From the NCBI GenBank assembly GCA_019058315.1, contig JAHPZH010000002.1, positions 64,001 to 128,000 on the forward strand: DNA of 64,000 nucleotides, written 5' to 3'. The position numbers and the translations under genes were made by a program. The notes beneath the pieces were generated by a model. It ran no database searches, was not told the DNA's origin, and worked only from the letters and a program-made list of their open reading frames with translations. Origin of the DNA: Candidatus Helarchaeota archaeon (GTDB taxonomy: Archaea > Asgardarchaeota > Lokiarchaeia > Helarchaeales > RDOG01). Shown piece after piece: positions 40,139 through 52,153 of the stretch. The stretch's first letter is position 1, and the number at the start of each line of letters is the position of its first letter.

Positions 40139-41275
40139 TTAACGAATAATATTTCTGCAATATTCACAATTGACAGATTCTCCCTTTTTTAACTTTTCAA
40201 CTTGATGCAAAGTAACTGGGGCATGACAATAAGGGCAATTCCACATCTTTCGTTTTCTTAAAACTCTTTTACCTTTTGGCTTTGGTTTTGGTTTTATATC
40301 TGGAGTTTTAAGAGAAATTATTAGAATCGCAATTATTAAAATACCAACAAGTACAGAAGCAATAATTAATGATACTATTGTTAGTGATAAACCCCTAGGA
40401 CTAATTAGTGAAGGGTTTAATGCTATAATACTAATTAATATATCTATACGAAATGGGGATACCTGATTATTTGCTAGCCAAATCCAACAATTTTCAGAAA
40501 ACTGGCGATTATGACCAGAATATACTTGCGAATCACCAATCATTCCTTCCCCAAAAACATTCCATAATAATCTTCCTTTTCCTTTTTGTAAATAGACTAC
40601 TTCACCATTTCCACTATTTGAAATTACAACTGTAAGTTCATTAGTTGAACTTGAAAGATCTATTGTAGATAATGATGGATAAACCCAACTGGTATGGGTG
40701 ACATCAACCATGAGTGGGGAATCCCAATCAATACCTGACCAACCACTTGGTGGAGGGCCATAGAATACATTAAATTTATTTGATACGGAAACTTGAGAAG
40801 CATCTTTATTATCTCCTAATATATATATGGATCTACCACTTCTAACCCAATTATCAAGTGCTGTTAATTCACTAGCACTCCAACTAGAGCCCCCGTCTCC
40901 AATAACAACTATAGTATAAGTACTCAATGATTCTGTGGTAATTGTTGCCGTAATGTCCTCTACTGTTGCACCAAAAAATTTTGCTTGGTTAAGTATATAG
41001 CTATATTGCAAATACAAATTTGATTCACCATGAGTCATTATACAACCTATTTTTTCTCCGTCCATTTGAGATTGATGAATATAAAAATCATTAAGGTTAG
41101 CTAAATTGGCATTTAATACAGCAAAATGATTCGTATTTATTAATTGCATGCAACTACATGTTATTAAACTGAGAACTAATACTATACTAATCTTAATTTT
41201 TAATTTCAGACCACATTTCGTTTTGATTAGCCTCCTTTTATTTAAATAGCCTCCTACTATTAAATATCCAATCAA
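40139..41275 (-). CDS. Membrane-anchored protein: extracellular GATase-like/DUF4350-type domain, TM, cytoplasmic zinc ribbon
   Basis: Signal-like N-terminus, EL.AL..WV.SG..I.ILGD, GKGR, TM helix, CPYC...CEYC; true start uncertain. Confidence 0.72.
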   Translation of the reverse strand: MIGYLIVGGYLNKRRLIKTKCGLKLKIKISIVLVLSLITCSCMQLINTNHFAVLNANLANLNDFYIHQSQMDGEKIGCIMTHGESNLYLQYSYILNQAKFFGATVEDITATITTESLSTYTIVVIGDGGSSWSASELTALDNWVRSGRSIYILGDNKDASQVSVSNKFNVFYGPPPSGWSGIDWDSPLMVDVTHTSWVYPSLSTIDLSSSTNELTVVISNSGNGEVVYLQKGKGRLLWNVFGEGMIGDSQVYSGHNRQFSENCWIWLANNQVSPFRIDILISIIALNPSLISPRGLSLTIVSLIIASVLVGILIIAILIISLKTPDIKPKPKPKGKRVLRKRKMWNCPYCHAPVTLHQVEKLKKGESVNCEYCRNIIR

Positions 41276-41439
41276 TTATTGTTATAAAATTTGATAGATC
41301 AAATTTCATTTAAGATTATATACTATTAGAATTTCTGAATTAAATATTTAAGTATCTGAAAAAAAAATTAGAAAAATTTCGGTTAAATCATCTGAAAAAT
41401 CAATTTTAACTATTGGATTGCTAAAAAAATAAAAATCAA

Positions 41440-41498
41440 ATTATATCATACAACGTCTCACTCTTCTCCTCATTTGCTGTCTAGGTTACTTTCGAGCC
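41440..41498 (-). other. 3' arm of the pre-23S processing stem (pairs with 44713-44767)
   Basis: GGCTCGAAA, CAGCAAATGA and TATGATATAAT blocks occur inverted at both rRNA flanks, with a relaxed bulge-helix-bulge-like centre. Confidence 0.8.
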
Positions 41499-41499
41499 T

Positions 41500-44650
<3,151 letters not shown>

Positions 44651-44712
44651 GGCTCTACTCGTAATTACCCTATATCGATTACACTCGACAAGTATTTTCC
44701 CTGCCAATTTCT

Positions 44713-44767
44713 GGCTCGAAATTGTATTTCGCCCAGCAAATGAAAGTAAGATGTTCTATGATATAAT
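44713..44767 (-). other. 5' arm of the pre-23S processing stem within the leader
   Basis: Complementary to 41440-41498. Confidence 0.8.
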
Positions 44768-44964
44768 CCGCACTGGCTGGCGTTCTTCCCATCATCGTAC
44801 ATCCATCCCGGCCGCGTCGGCTCAAAATGTACTAGGTATGTGGGCATTACCACAGCACAGCCACACAAATTGCAATCCAATGCATTTAAACCGAGATAAA
44901 GTCAACTATATCTCGTATTAATAGATACTTATCGCATGAGACAACGGTTTCTTAAACTCAGAGG

Positions 44965-44985
44965 CGATATAAATTAAATTAATAA
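44965..44985 (-). promoter_or_regulatory. Probable TATA promoter for the stand-alone 23S transcript
   Basis: TTTATAT on the minus strand at the boundary between the GC-richer leader and AT-rich DNA. Confidence 0.45.
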
Positions 44986-45502
44986 TTTCCTTAGTCAACC
45001 AAAAATGGTATCATTCAAATTTTACCACTATTTTTCATATTTTCTTTTTATTTAAAATTTGCCTATTTTATAAACAAACCAAATTTGCATTAATAATAAA
45101 ATTCTATTCAATGATAAATAAAAGAATTAACAAGTTCATTAAAATTTCAATTTGATAAAAATAAAAAATCTTGAACCATATTATTTTACATAGAATTGAT
45201 AAAATTTAACTTAAAAAAAATAAAAATAGATATTTTTAAAGATTTGAATTTGAATAATTAGGATATTTTAGAAATTGATTTTATTAAATTATTATTAAAA
45301 AGTAACCATTAGGTCTTTAAATTTACAATTTTAAAATTATTTTAGATTTTTAACCTTAAAAATACAAAGATAAAACTTAGGATTTATGGAAAATCTAGAT
45401 TATTAAGTATTATAGTAGAAACTTTTTATCAAATATTAAAGTCAAAAGCATTTAACCGAAAAGATTATTAAAAGTTGATAATATAAATATTTTTAAGTTA
45501 AT

Positions 45503-45640
45503 AATGTATGTCGAGGTTAGAAATGTCGAAGGGTTAAGAAGACATAGACCTAAAATGAGCCCTTCTCTTGGAAGTCTACTTTTTAACCCCCTCCTCCCTA
45601 CATTCCCCTTTTACTTTTCAAGAGGAAGGGCTCACCCAAA
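45503..45640 (+). ncRNA. Candidate novel structured RNA: two hairpins with complementary loops
   Basis: TATAAATA at 45482; hairpin 1 AGGT..ATGTC/GACAT..ACCT; hairpin 2 TGAGCCCTTCTCTTG/CAAGAGGAAGGGCTCA with a 37-nt pyrimidine-rich loop. Confidence 0.55.
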
Positions 45641-45800
45641 ACTAATAAATAACTTTCAATTATACATCCTAATCATATTTACATGATTCTATTCGCGACT
45701 AGATCCATTTTAGGAATAAATCATGAATTTTTTAAACCCAATTATCGAATATTGAAAGATAAATCGGAAGTGGACGAATATAAATAATGAAAAACAGAGA

Positions 45801-46562
45801 ATGGACGAAATAATAAAACTTCTTAAAGAAAAATATACAGTAGATATCCATTTTAAGGATAATCCATTTGAAATGTTTATTCGTACTATCTTATCTCAAA
45901 ATACTAATGATAAAAATAGAGATAGAGCTTTTCAACGCATGAAAGAAGAATTTGAAGATTTAACACCTGAAAAATTAGCTAATTCGGACTTAAAAAAAAT
46001 TGAGGATGCAATAAAAGTAGCAGGATTGTATAGAGTAAAATCTGTTAGAATTCACGAGATCTCAAAATATATTATGGACAAATTTGATGGAGATATCGAT
46101 AAATTATTAACTCTTCCATTTAAAGAAGCTAGAAAAAAATTAATTGAATTAAAAGGTATTGGATATAAGACAGCAGACATAATGTTATTGTTTTATTGTA
46201 ATCATCCAACTATTCCTATTGATACACACATTACCCGAGTTTCAAAAAGGCTAGGTTTTGCGGAACAAGATGCAAAATACGAAAAAATTAGAGAAAGTTT
46301 AGAAAAACTTATTGAAACGGATATTACAGTTTATAAAGAATCCCATCTTCTACTTATTGAACTTGGTAGGGATACATGTAATGCAATAAATCCAAAATGT
46401 AAAAATTGTATCGTAGAAAGTCTATGCCCAAAAATAATAAAAAAACGAGAAAAGAAAAAGAAAAAAGTAAAGGTTAAGAGTAAAACTAAAAGAAAATCTA
46501 AAATTAAAGTAAAGAAAAAAACAAAAACTTCAACAAAGAAAACCAAAAAAACAAAAAAATAA
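45801..46562 (+). CDS. nth: Endonuclease III (HhH-GPD, 4Fe-4S) with Lys-rich C-terminal tail
   Basis: ILSQNT.D, LKGIG.KTA, PIDTH..RV..RLG, C-x6-C-x2-C-x5-C. Confidence 0.93.
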   Translation: MDEIIKLLKEKYTVDIHFKDNPFEMFIRTILSQNTNDKNRDRAFQRMKEEFEDLTPEKLANSDLKKIEDAIKVAGLYRVKSVRIHEISKYIMDKFDGDIDKLLTLPFKEARKKLIELKGIGYKTADIMLLFYCNHPTIPIDTHITRVSKRLGFAEQDAKYEKIRESLEKLIETDITVYKESHLLLIELGRDTCNAINPKCKNCIVESLCPKIIKKREKKKKKVKVKSKTKRKSKIKVKKKTKTSTKKTKKTKK

Positions 46563-46599
46563 TATAATAGGTTGAAAGGATAATTAAAATTTTCTATAT

Positions 46600-47118
46600 T
46601 TATTTTAGAGCTGAGATTATTTCTCTACAGAATGCGGGTAAATCATCGGGCTTCCGAGAGGTTATTATATTGCCATCTCTAACTACTTCTTTATCTACAT
46701 AATTAGCACCCGCATAAATAACATCATCTTTAATAGCAAAGTAACATGTTGCAGTCTTACCTTCTAAAATTTTTGCAGAAACGAGTAATGATGCTCCATG
46801 ACAAATTGCAGCAATAATTTTATTTTTATCAAATGCAGTTTTTACCAATTTTACAACGGATGGATATCTTCGTAATTTATCAGGTGCCCATCCACCTGGA
46901 ACAATAACTGCGGAGTATTTATCAATATCTACTTTACTTGCTGGTAAATCGACAGTAACTGGATATCCATGTTTACTTTGATAATCATTGCTAGTACCGG
47001 ACCCAACAATAGTAACTTTAGCTCCTTCTTCGCGCATTCTTAATAAAGGATACCAAAGTTCAAGATCTTCATAATCATTTTCAGCCAAAACTATTATTTC
47101 TTTTCCCTTTAAACTCAT
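46600..47118 (-). CDS. pfpI: PfpI/DJ-1 family intracellular protease/deglycase
   Basis: ED.EL.YP, VPGG.APD.LR, AICHG, TSR.PDDL. Confidence 0.92.
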   Translation of the reverse strand: MSLKGKEIIVLAENDYEDLELWYPLLRMREEGAKVTIVGSGTSNDYQSKHGYPVTVDLPASKVDIDKYSAVIVPGGWAPDKLRRYPSVVKLVKTAFDKNKIIAAICHGASLLVSAKILEGKTATCYFAIKDDVIYAGANYVDKEVVRDGNIITSRKPDDLPAFCREIISALK

Positions 47119-47238
47119 TCAAATTATCTCCGATAAACTTTGTAAAATTAAAATTACTTTGATATTATAATTGAAGAAATTTTAAAAAACCCTTTTTGAT
47201 TTCTTATAAAAGAATAAAATGCTTTCAGTTGAGTAATC

Positions 47239-48663
47239 GTGCCACGAGCTGATATAGATTCGATTTTCAATCCAAAGAGTGTTGCAATTATTGGAGCTTC
47301 AAGGCAAGAAACACGAAATGGATATCATGTTTTAAAAAATATCAAAGATATTAGTTTTACTGGAAAAGTTTACCCTATAAACCCTAAAGCAGATGAGATT
47401 CTTGGATTTAAAGTCTATAAACACCTCAAAGAAATTGAGGGGGATGTGGATAACGCAATAATCATATTGCCAACCAATATAGTAGTACAAGCGGTTCAGG
47501 ATTGTGTTGAAAAAGGAGTAAAATCGGTGATTATAATTACTGAGGGGTTTGCCGAGACCGGGACTGATGAAGGGAAAAATTTTCAACAAGAATTGAAAAA
47601 AATTGCCAAATCCAGCTCTATTCGCATTGTAGGACCTGGAACAATGGGAGTAGTTAACCTTCCTAATTTCACTTCAACATATGTGAACTTAGGAGGGCTT
47701 CAACAAGATGGTAAACTAGCTTTTATAGCCCAAAGCGGCATATTTGCTGGTGGGATGGTTCGGTATTTTGCATCTCATGATTCTAAATTGAGCAAGATCA
47801 TTAGTTTAGGAAATAAAATTGATGTTGATGATTCTGATATCATTGATTATTTAGCAGAGGATAAACAAACGAGAGTAATTGCTTTATACATGGAGGGAAT
47901 TAGTTCTGTGGAAAGACTCAAAAAATCGGCAAGAAATTTTGCTATAAAAAAAGGTCCAATTGTTCTATTGAAGGGCGGACGGACTCCAGAAGGAGCTAGG
48001 GCGGCAAGATCCCATACATCTTCTCTAGCAGTAGATGACCGAGTTTTTGATGGACTTGTTAGGCAAGCTGGCATGGTTAGAGTTGAAAGTCTTGATGAGT
48101 TTATAGACACAGCTAATGCGTTTGCGATTTATAATGGTCCAGTAAAAGGGAATAGGGTTGCAATTATTACTTATTCTGGGGCGGTTGGGGTTCTAACTTC
48201 TGATCAGTGTGTCCGTCATGGCTTGCAATTGGCCAAATTTTCTGATGAAACTAATGCAAAAATACACGAAGTGGTTCCAGATCGAAGGTGGGGTGGTAAT
48301 CCTATTGATACATACCCTGCAACCATTAAATCTGGCACTCAAAGGACTTTTACCACTTGCCTCGAAGCTTTAATGAATGATGAAAATGTAGATTGTGTTT
48401 TAATGACCGTTTGGGGAGATACACACCCGGATAGCCATGAAAATAAGTATAGTATGCTTGTTAAAAATTTAATTTTAAAATATCAAGAAAAGTATCAAAA
48501 ACCAGCTGTGATGGGTGTCCTTGGCGAAAAAATAGGTATTGAACGCCAAAAGAAATTTTTCACTGATAATGGGATTATTGCTGTAACCTTCATGGATAGA
48601 GCGCCAAAAATATTAATGAATATGTACAGATATTATCAATTTAAATCCAGATATTCGAATTAA
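47239..48663 (+). CDS. acdA: Acyl-CoA synthetase (ADP-forming) alpha subunit
   Basis: F.PKSVA.IGAS, YPINP, QSG, LGNK.D, KGGRT..GA.AA.SHT, NP.D. Confidence 0.88.
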   Translation: MPRADIDSIFNPKSVAIIGASRQETRNGYHVLKNIKDISFTGKVYPINPKADEILGFKVYKHLKEIEGDVDNAIIILPTNIVVQAVQDCVEKGVKSVIIITEGFAETGTDEGKNFQQELKKIAKSSSIRIVGPGTMGVVNLPNFTSTYVNLGGLQQDGKLAFIAQSGIFAGGMVRYFASHDSKLSKIISLGNKIDVDDSDIIDYLAEDKQTRVIALYMEGISSVERLKKSARNFAIKKGPIVLLKGGRTPEGARAARSHTSSLAVDDRVFDGLVRQAGMVRVESLDEFIDTANAFAIYNGPVKGNRVAIITYSGAVGVLTSDQCVRHGLQLAKFSDETNAKIHEVVPDRRWGGNPIDTYPATIKSGTQRTFTTCLEALMNDENVDCVLMTVWGDTHPDSHENKYSMLVKNLILKYQEKYQKPAVMGVLGEKIGIERQKKFFTDNGIIAVTFMDRAPKILMNMYRYYQFKSRYSN

Positions 48664-48702
48664 AAAATTTAAATTATTTTTATTGGCGTTTTTTAAAAAG
48701 GG

Positions 48703-49087
48703 TGTGGTCGTGTGGGAAGAGTAAGCCCTTTTCTGTTACAGGAAGCATGTTTCCATGCGTTTCCTTTGATGGTATTCGGCTACGCGTCCTACCCGCTGGG
48801 TTCGTCACAGGTGCTCATCCCCAGCCTACTTGGACTTGCTCCCACAGTCTTGAGCTGTTTCAACGGTTCCACAAATCTTTTCAACGGATTAACTCAATTT
48901 TGTTGCCAAAATCTTCTCGGACCAAAGGTCCTCAGCCGCATCATCATCATATGATTTATGGGCGTGTCATTTCTGTTCTCAGTGGCGGAGTCTCCTCCGG
49001 TGGTTTACCCACACTGCTACCTGGAAGGAGAAGGACTTTCCTCAGACAAATAAATGTCCGGCGACCATCCTTTCTCTCACGACCACA
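48703..49087 (-). ncRNA. rnpB: RNase P RNA
   Basis: Minus strand GAGGAAAGTCC ... AACAGAAA ... TGAAAC ... GAGCAAG ... AACAGAAAAGGGCTTA; terminal P1 TGTGGTCGTG/CACGACCACA. Confidence 0.95.
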
Positions 49088-49186
49088 TATAATAATTGTC
49101 TTCATAACATAAAAATATTTTATTTAATCTTTACATTGTAATTGTGAAATCTAAATTTTTTCGTTATTTCAAATAATTGACAGAAA

Positions 49187-49735
49187 ATGAAAAGAAGAAA
49201 ATATGCTTCAAAGAAATGGAGGGCTGCTCCAGTCCGTTTATTTGTATATGATGCTCAACAATGTGATAAACATAAATGTACAGCTCAAAAATTGAAGAAT
49301 AAGGAATATGTGAAGTTTCTAAAAATTAATCAAGTGCCAACAGGTGCTATAATATTAGATCCTTTGGCAATGCGTTCAATTTCCAAAGAAGATCATGATT
49401 TTGTAATGAATGGGCTGTTAGCAATAGATTGTTCATGGAATAAGTATGATGAAACCATAACAAAATCAATAAAAGCAAAATTAAATAGAAGATGCCTTCC
49501 ATACCTAGTGGCTGCAAATCCAATCAATTATGGAATACCATCTAAGTTAAGCACTGCAGAAGCTCTTGCTGCAGCATTATATATTCTAGGATATAAGGAT
49601 TTTGCTCATGAAATTTTATCTTGTTTTAAATGGGGTAATAATTTCTTAATTTTAAATGAAGAACCACTTGAAGATTATTCGAAAGCTAAAAACAGTGCTG
49701 AGATAATTTCAATTCAAGAAGAATACATCCCTTAA
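49187..49735 (+). CDS. tsr3: 16S rRNA aminocarboxypropyltransferase Tsr3
   Basis: QCD..KCT..KL, IDCSW, LPYLVAANP.NYG...KLSTAEALAAAL. Confidence 0.93.
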   Translation: MKRRKYASKKWRAAPVRLFVYDAQQCDKHKCTAQKLKNKEYVKFLKINQVPTGAIILDPLAMRSISKEDHDFVMNGLLAIDCSWNKYDETITKSIKAKLNRRCLPYLVAANPINYGIPSKLSTAEALAAALYILGYKDFAHEILSCFKWGNNFLILNEEPLEDYSKAKNSAEIISIQEEYIP

Positions 49736-49828
49736 ATAGAATTTTTTCATATAGATTATTTTTAAAAGCAAAGATTATCTAATTAATTGGTAGAGTCTTG
49801 TTGTTTTTTATTGGAAAAAAAAAGATTT

Positions 49829-50013
49829 AGCGCGATAGGGTAGTCAGGAGATCTCCTGATAAGCCCTTTGGTGAAAATTTGGAGACTTGATATCCCGCAG
49901 GGCTCATAAATCGTAAGATTTATTTCTAAAAATTGAGAAACCCTGAGATCGGTGGTTCGAATCCTTGGCGGACACTATTGGACACCGAGGCGAAAATCCA
50001 CCTCGCGCTACCA
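49829..50013 (+). tRNA. Initiator tRNA-Met(CAT) with three BHB/BHL introns (49851-49891, 49909-49939, 49962-49996)
   Basis: Spliced sequence AGCGCGATAGGGTAGTCAGGAGATCCCGCAGGGCTCATAACCCTGAGATCGGTGGTTCGAATCCACCTCGCGCTACCA; A1-U72 and GGG/CCC anticodon stem. Confidence 0.93.
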
Positions 50014-50233
50014 CTTCCCTTCTTTTAAAAATTAAATAAATAGAATGTATTTCGTGTGTTTTTTAATAATATTTGATAATAGGTTTAATAATTTCTGATA
50101 ATGATGCTAAAATTTTAGTAATGTTTGATAATGCTCTCTAATATAATGATGATATTCAGAAATTTTCTGAATTATATAGAGTAAGGTGAAAGCATTATTA
50201 AAGAAAAATTTAATAACTTTTTAACTTTAATTT

Positions 50234-50620
50234 ATGATTATGGATAATAAGTGGAAAGGTGTGATAATTGAAGAAAGTCTGGATGACAAATCTATTCTTG
50301 ACAGGGTCAAAATTGTTAAGTCTAAAAAATCAACATTGGAAAAAGAAGCTGAAAAAGGCACAATGACATTCCATTACATTGAACTAAATCTTGAAAAGAA
50401 AGATGGATTTGTAAAAAAGGCTCTTGGCTCAATCAAAGATGGCTGGTATCTCCATATCTGCAAAGATGGTGTTATGGTAGTGATTTATAGAAATAAGGTG
50501 TTTGAATTCTCATCTGATGAGCAAGATAAACTTAACCAAGCAAGAGATTATGGAATATCTATTAGCATTCTAAAAGAACAGATGCCATTTGAAGTTTTAG
50601 TTAAAAATCCATATGGTTAG
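50234..50620 (+). CDS. Hypothetical protein
   Basis: G.IIEESL.D, WY.H, GI...Q motifs; start may be the ATG at 50240. Confidence 0.7.
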   Translation: MIMDNKWKGVIIEESLDDKSILDRVKIVKSKKSTLEKEAEKGTMTFHYIELNLEKKDGFVKKALGSIKDGWYLHICKDGVMVVIYRNKVFEFSSDEQDKLNQARDYGISISILKEQMPFEVLVKNPYG

Positions 50621-50722
50621 TTGTTTGTAATTACAAAAAAGTATAAGTGAAATTATAAATTTTTCAAACACAAGCGATAAAAAGAAAGTATTTAATAAAC
50701 ATTTTAACTTTAATTGATTATT

Positions 50723-50791
50723 ATGAACGATACTCTTATCTTTTTAAGACATGGTAAGGTAAAGATAAATAGAAGATATTCAAAAATTTAA
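50723..50791 (+). pseudogene. Truncated histidine phosphatase N-terminus
   Basis: MNDTLIFLRHGK (RHG motif), stop after 22 codons. Confidence 0.5.
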
Positions 50792-51046
50792 TGAAATTTT
50801 TGATAAATTTAGAAATAAAGAAAAGTCCTATTTAAAACTATTATACTTGAATTGAAAGATCACATAAAACAATTTCAAGATTGTATTAAAGAATATAAGA
50901 TGCCTTATCTAATCATTAATCATTATCAAACATTTATAAAAAAGGCATTTCGATCTAAAAAGTATTATTTGCCAACAATAAAAGAATTATAAAAGAGAAC
51001 AAAATTAATAACATTATATAAAATAAAAATAACAGAGGGTGTTAAT

Positions 51047-51916
51047 TTGCCAATTCACATAATTCCTGATAATTCTGAAAACTTAATCGAAGGGGCATAT
51101 TTACCTGGTGAAATTTTAAGAGGAGAAATTATTGTTAAAACGAAGAAAAGAATTAAAGCAAGAAAATTAAGTGCCATTTATGTAGGTATGGAACATACAT
51201 CCGTAACAAGAGGTGGCGGGAAAAATAGTCACACCTATTCTGAAACATATTATCATTTCAATATTGAAGATGTTTTTATGGAACCAAAACCTGGTGCGAA
51301 TTCTATAATTCTTGATGGTAGTTATAGCTTCAATTACGAATTTGAAATTCCAGAAAATGCTCCACCATCATTTAAACTCCATAATTCAGTAATTCAATAT
51401 TTAATAGATGTTAAAATTGATAGAGCTATGACCTCAGATATACATAAGAAATTAGGATTTCTTGTAATACCAAATTCCCTTGAAAAAATAGAACAAGGAC
51501 CACTAACTGATCTTATGAGAGCAGATAGTTATATTCCAGAGTGTACATTAACATGCAAAAAAGAAATATTTAATGAAGGAGATACAGTTGATATAGAACT
51601 CAATGTTCTAGTTAATAGAGAACCAAAAATAAATGATATTAGAATTTCTATAGAATCGATATCTACTAAAACTGCAAGAGGCTACACTGATACATTTCCA
51701 AGTATAATCAAAGGTTGGAAAATTAGTAAAAAAAACCTGAAAATAGGCGAAAATCTATTCAACTTATCCTATGAAATTCCAATGAATATACCTTATTCTG
51801 TATTGGGAATGCTAATAAAAAGAAATTATTTTGTTCATTTAAAGCTAAATAGACGATTTCATCCCGATAACCATATCTGGCTTCCTATTATTATAGTGCC
51901 ATCTATAATAGAATAA
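51047..51916 (+). CDS. Arrestin-fold protein (arrestin N and C domains; ARRDC/SpoOM-like)
   Basis: Y.PGE...G, G.E.T, G.YSF.Y.F.IP..APPSF, I.Y......IDR; second beta-sandwich with PYS..G.LI...Y. Confidence 0.82.
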   Translation: MPIHIIPDNSENLIEGAYLPGEILRGEIIVKTKKRIKARKLSAIYVGMEHTSVTRGGGKNSHTYSETYYHFNIEDVFMEPKPGANSIILDGSYSFNYEFEIPENAPPSFKLHNSVIQYLIDVKIDRAMTSDIHKKLGFLVIPNSLEKIEQGPLTDLMRADSYIPECTLTCKKEIFNEGDTVDIELNVLVNREPKINDIRISIESISTKTARGYTDTFPSIIKGWKISKKNLKIGENLFNLSYEIPMNIPYSVLGMLIKRNYFVHLKLNRRFHPDNHIWLPIIIVPSIIE

Positions 51917-52153
51917 TTTTATTAGTAGAATATGGAATTATTAGATCAAAATTAATCGATCTTGAATGCAACTCCCATTGCTTACTTTCTATATAAATTC
52001 AGTTGACATAGCACAACCTTTAGAGATTATCTCTTCCTTTAAAATAACACTTTTAGGTTGTTTATATCTAAAAAAGTCATCCATAATCTGATCAAAATCT
52101 GTATCTATGACTTTCAAGAAAATTAATCTAATTAGATGGGTAAATAGATCATT

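Noticed and set aside
12000-41300. Integron/attC array or prophage explanation for the accessory region
   Set aside because: No integrase, transposase or capsid genes; mixed gene orientation; no recurring attC-like spacer seen by eye
45504-45686. 60-aa ORF over the structured RNA candidate
   Set aside because: Atypical composition explained by the stems and the pyrimidine loop
45682-45725. ATGA...TGA hairpin as a SECIS element
   Set aside because: ATGA is Watson-Crick paired, there are no apical adenines, and no upstream in-frame-TGA gene; I found no convincing selenoprotein gene in the window
48702-49112. ORFs 48702..49112 and 48712..48954
   Set aside because: Antisense to the RNase P RNA
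50100-50170. Possible second box C/D RNA (ATGATGA...CTGA)
   Set aside because: Other boxes are degenerate, the guide is a self-palindrome, and the region is very AT-rich
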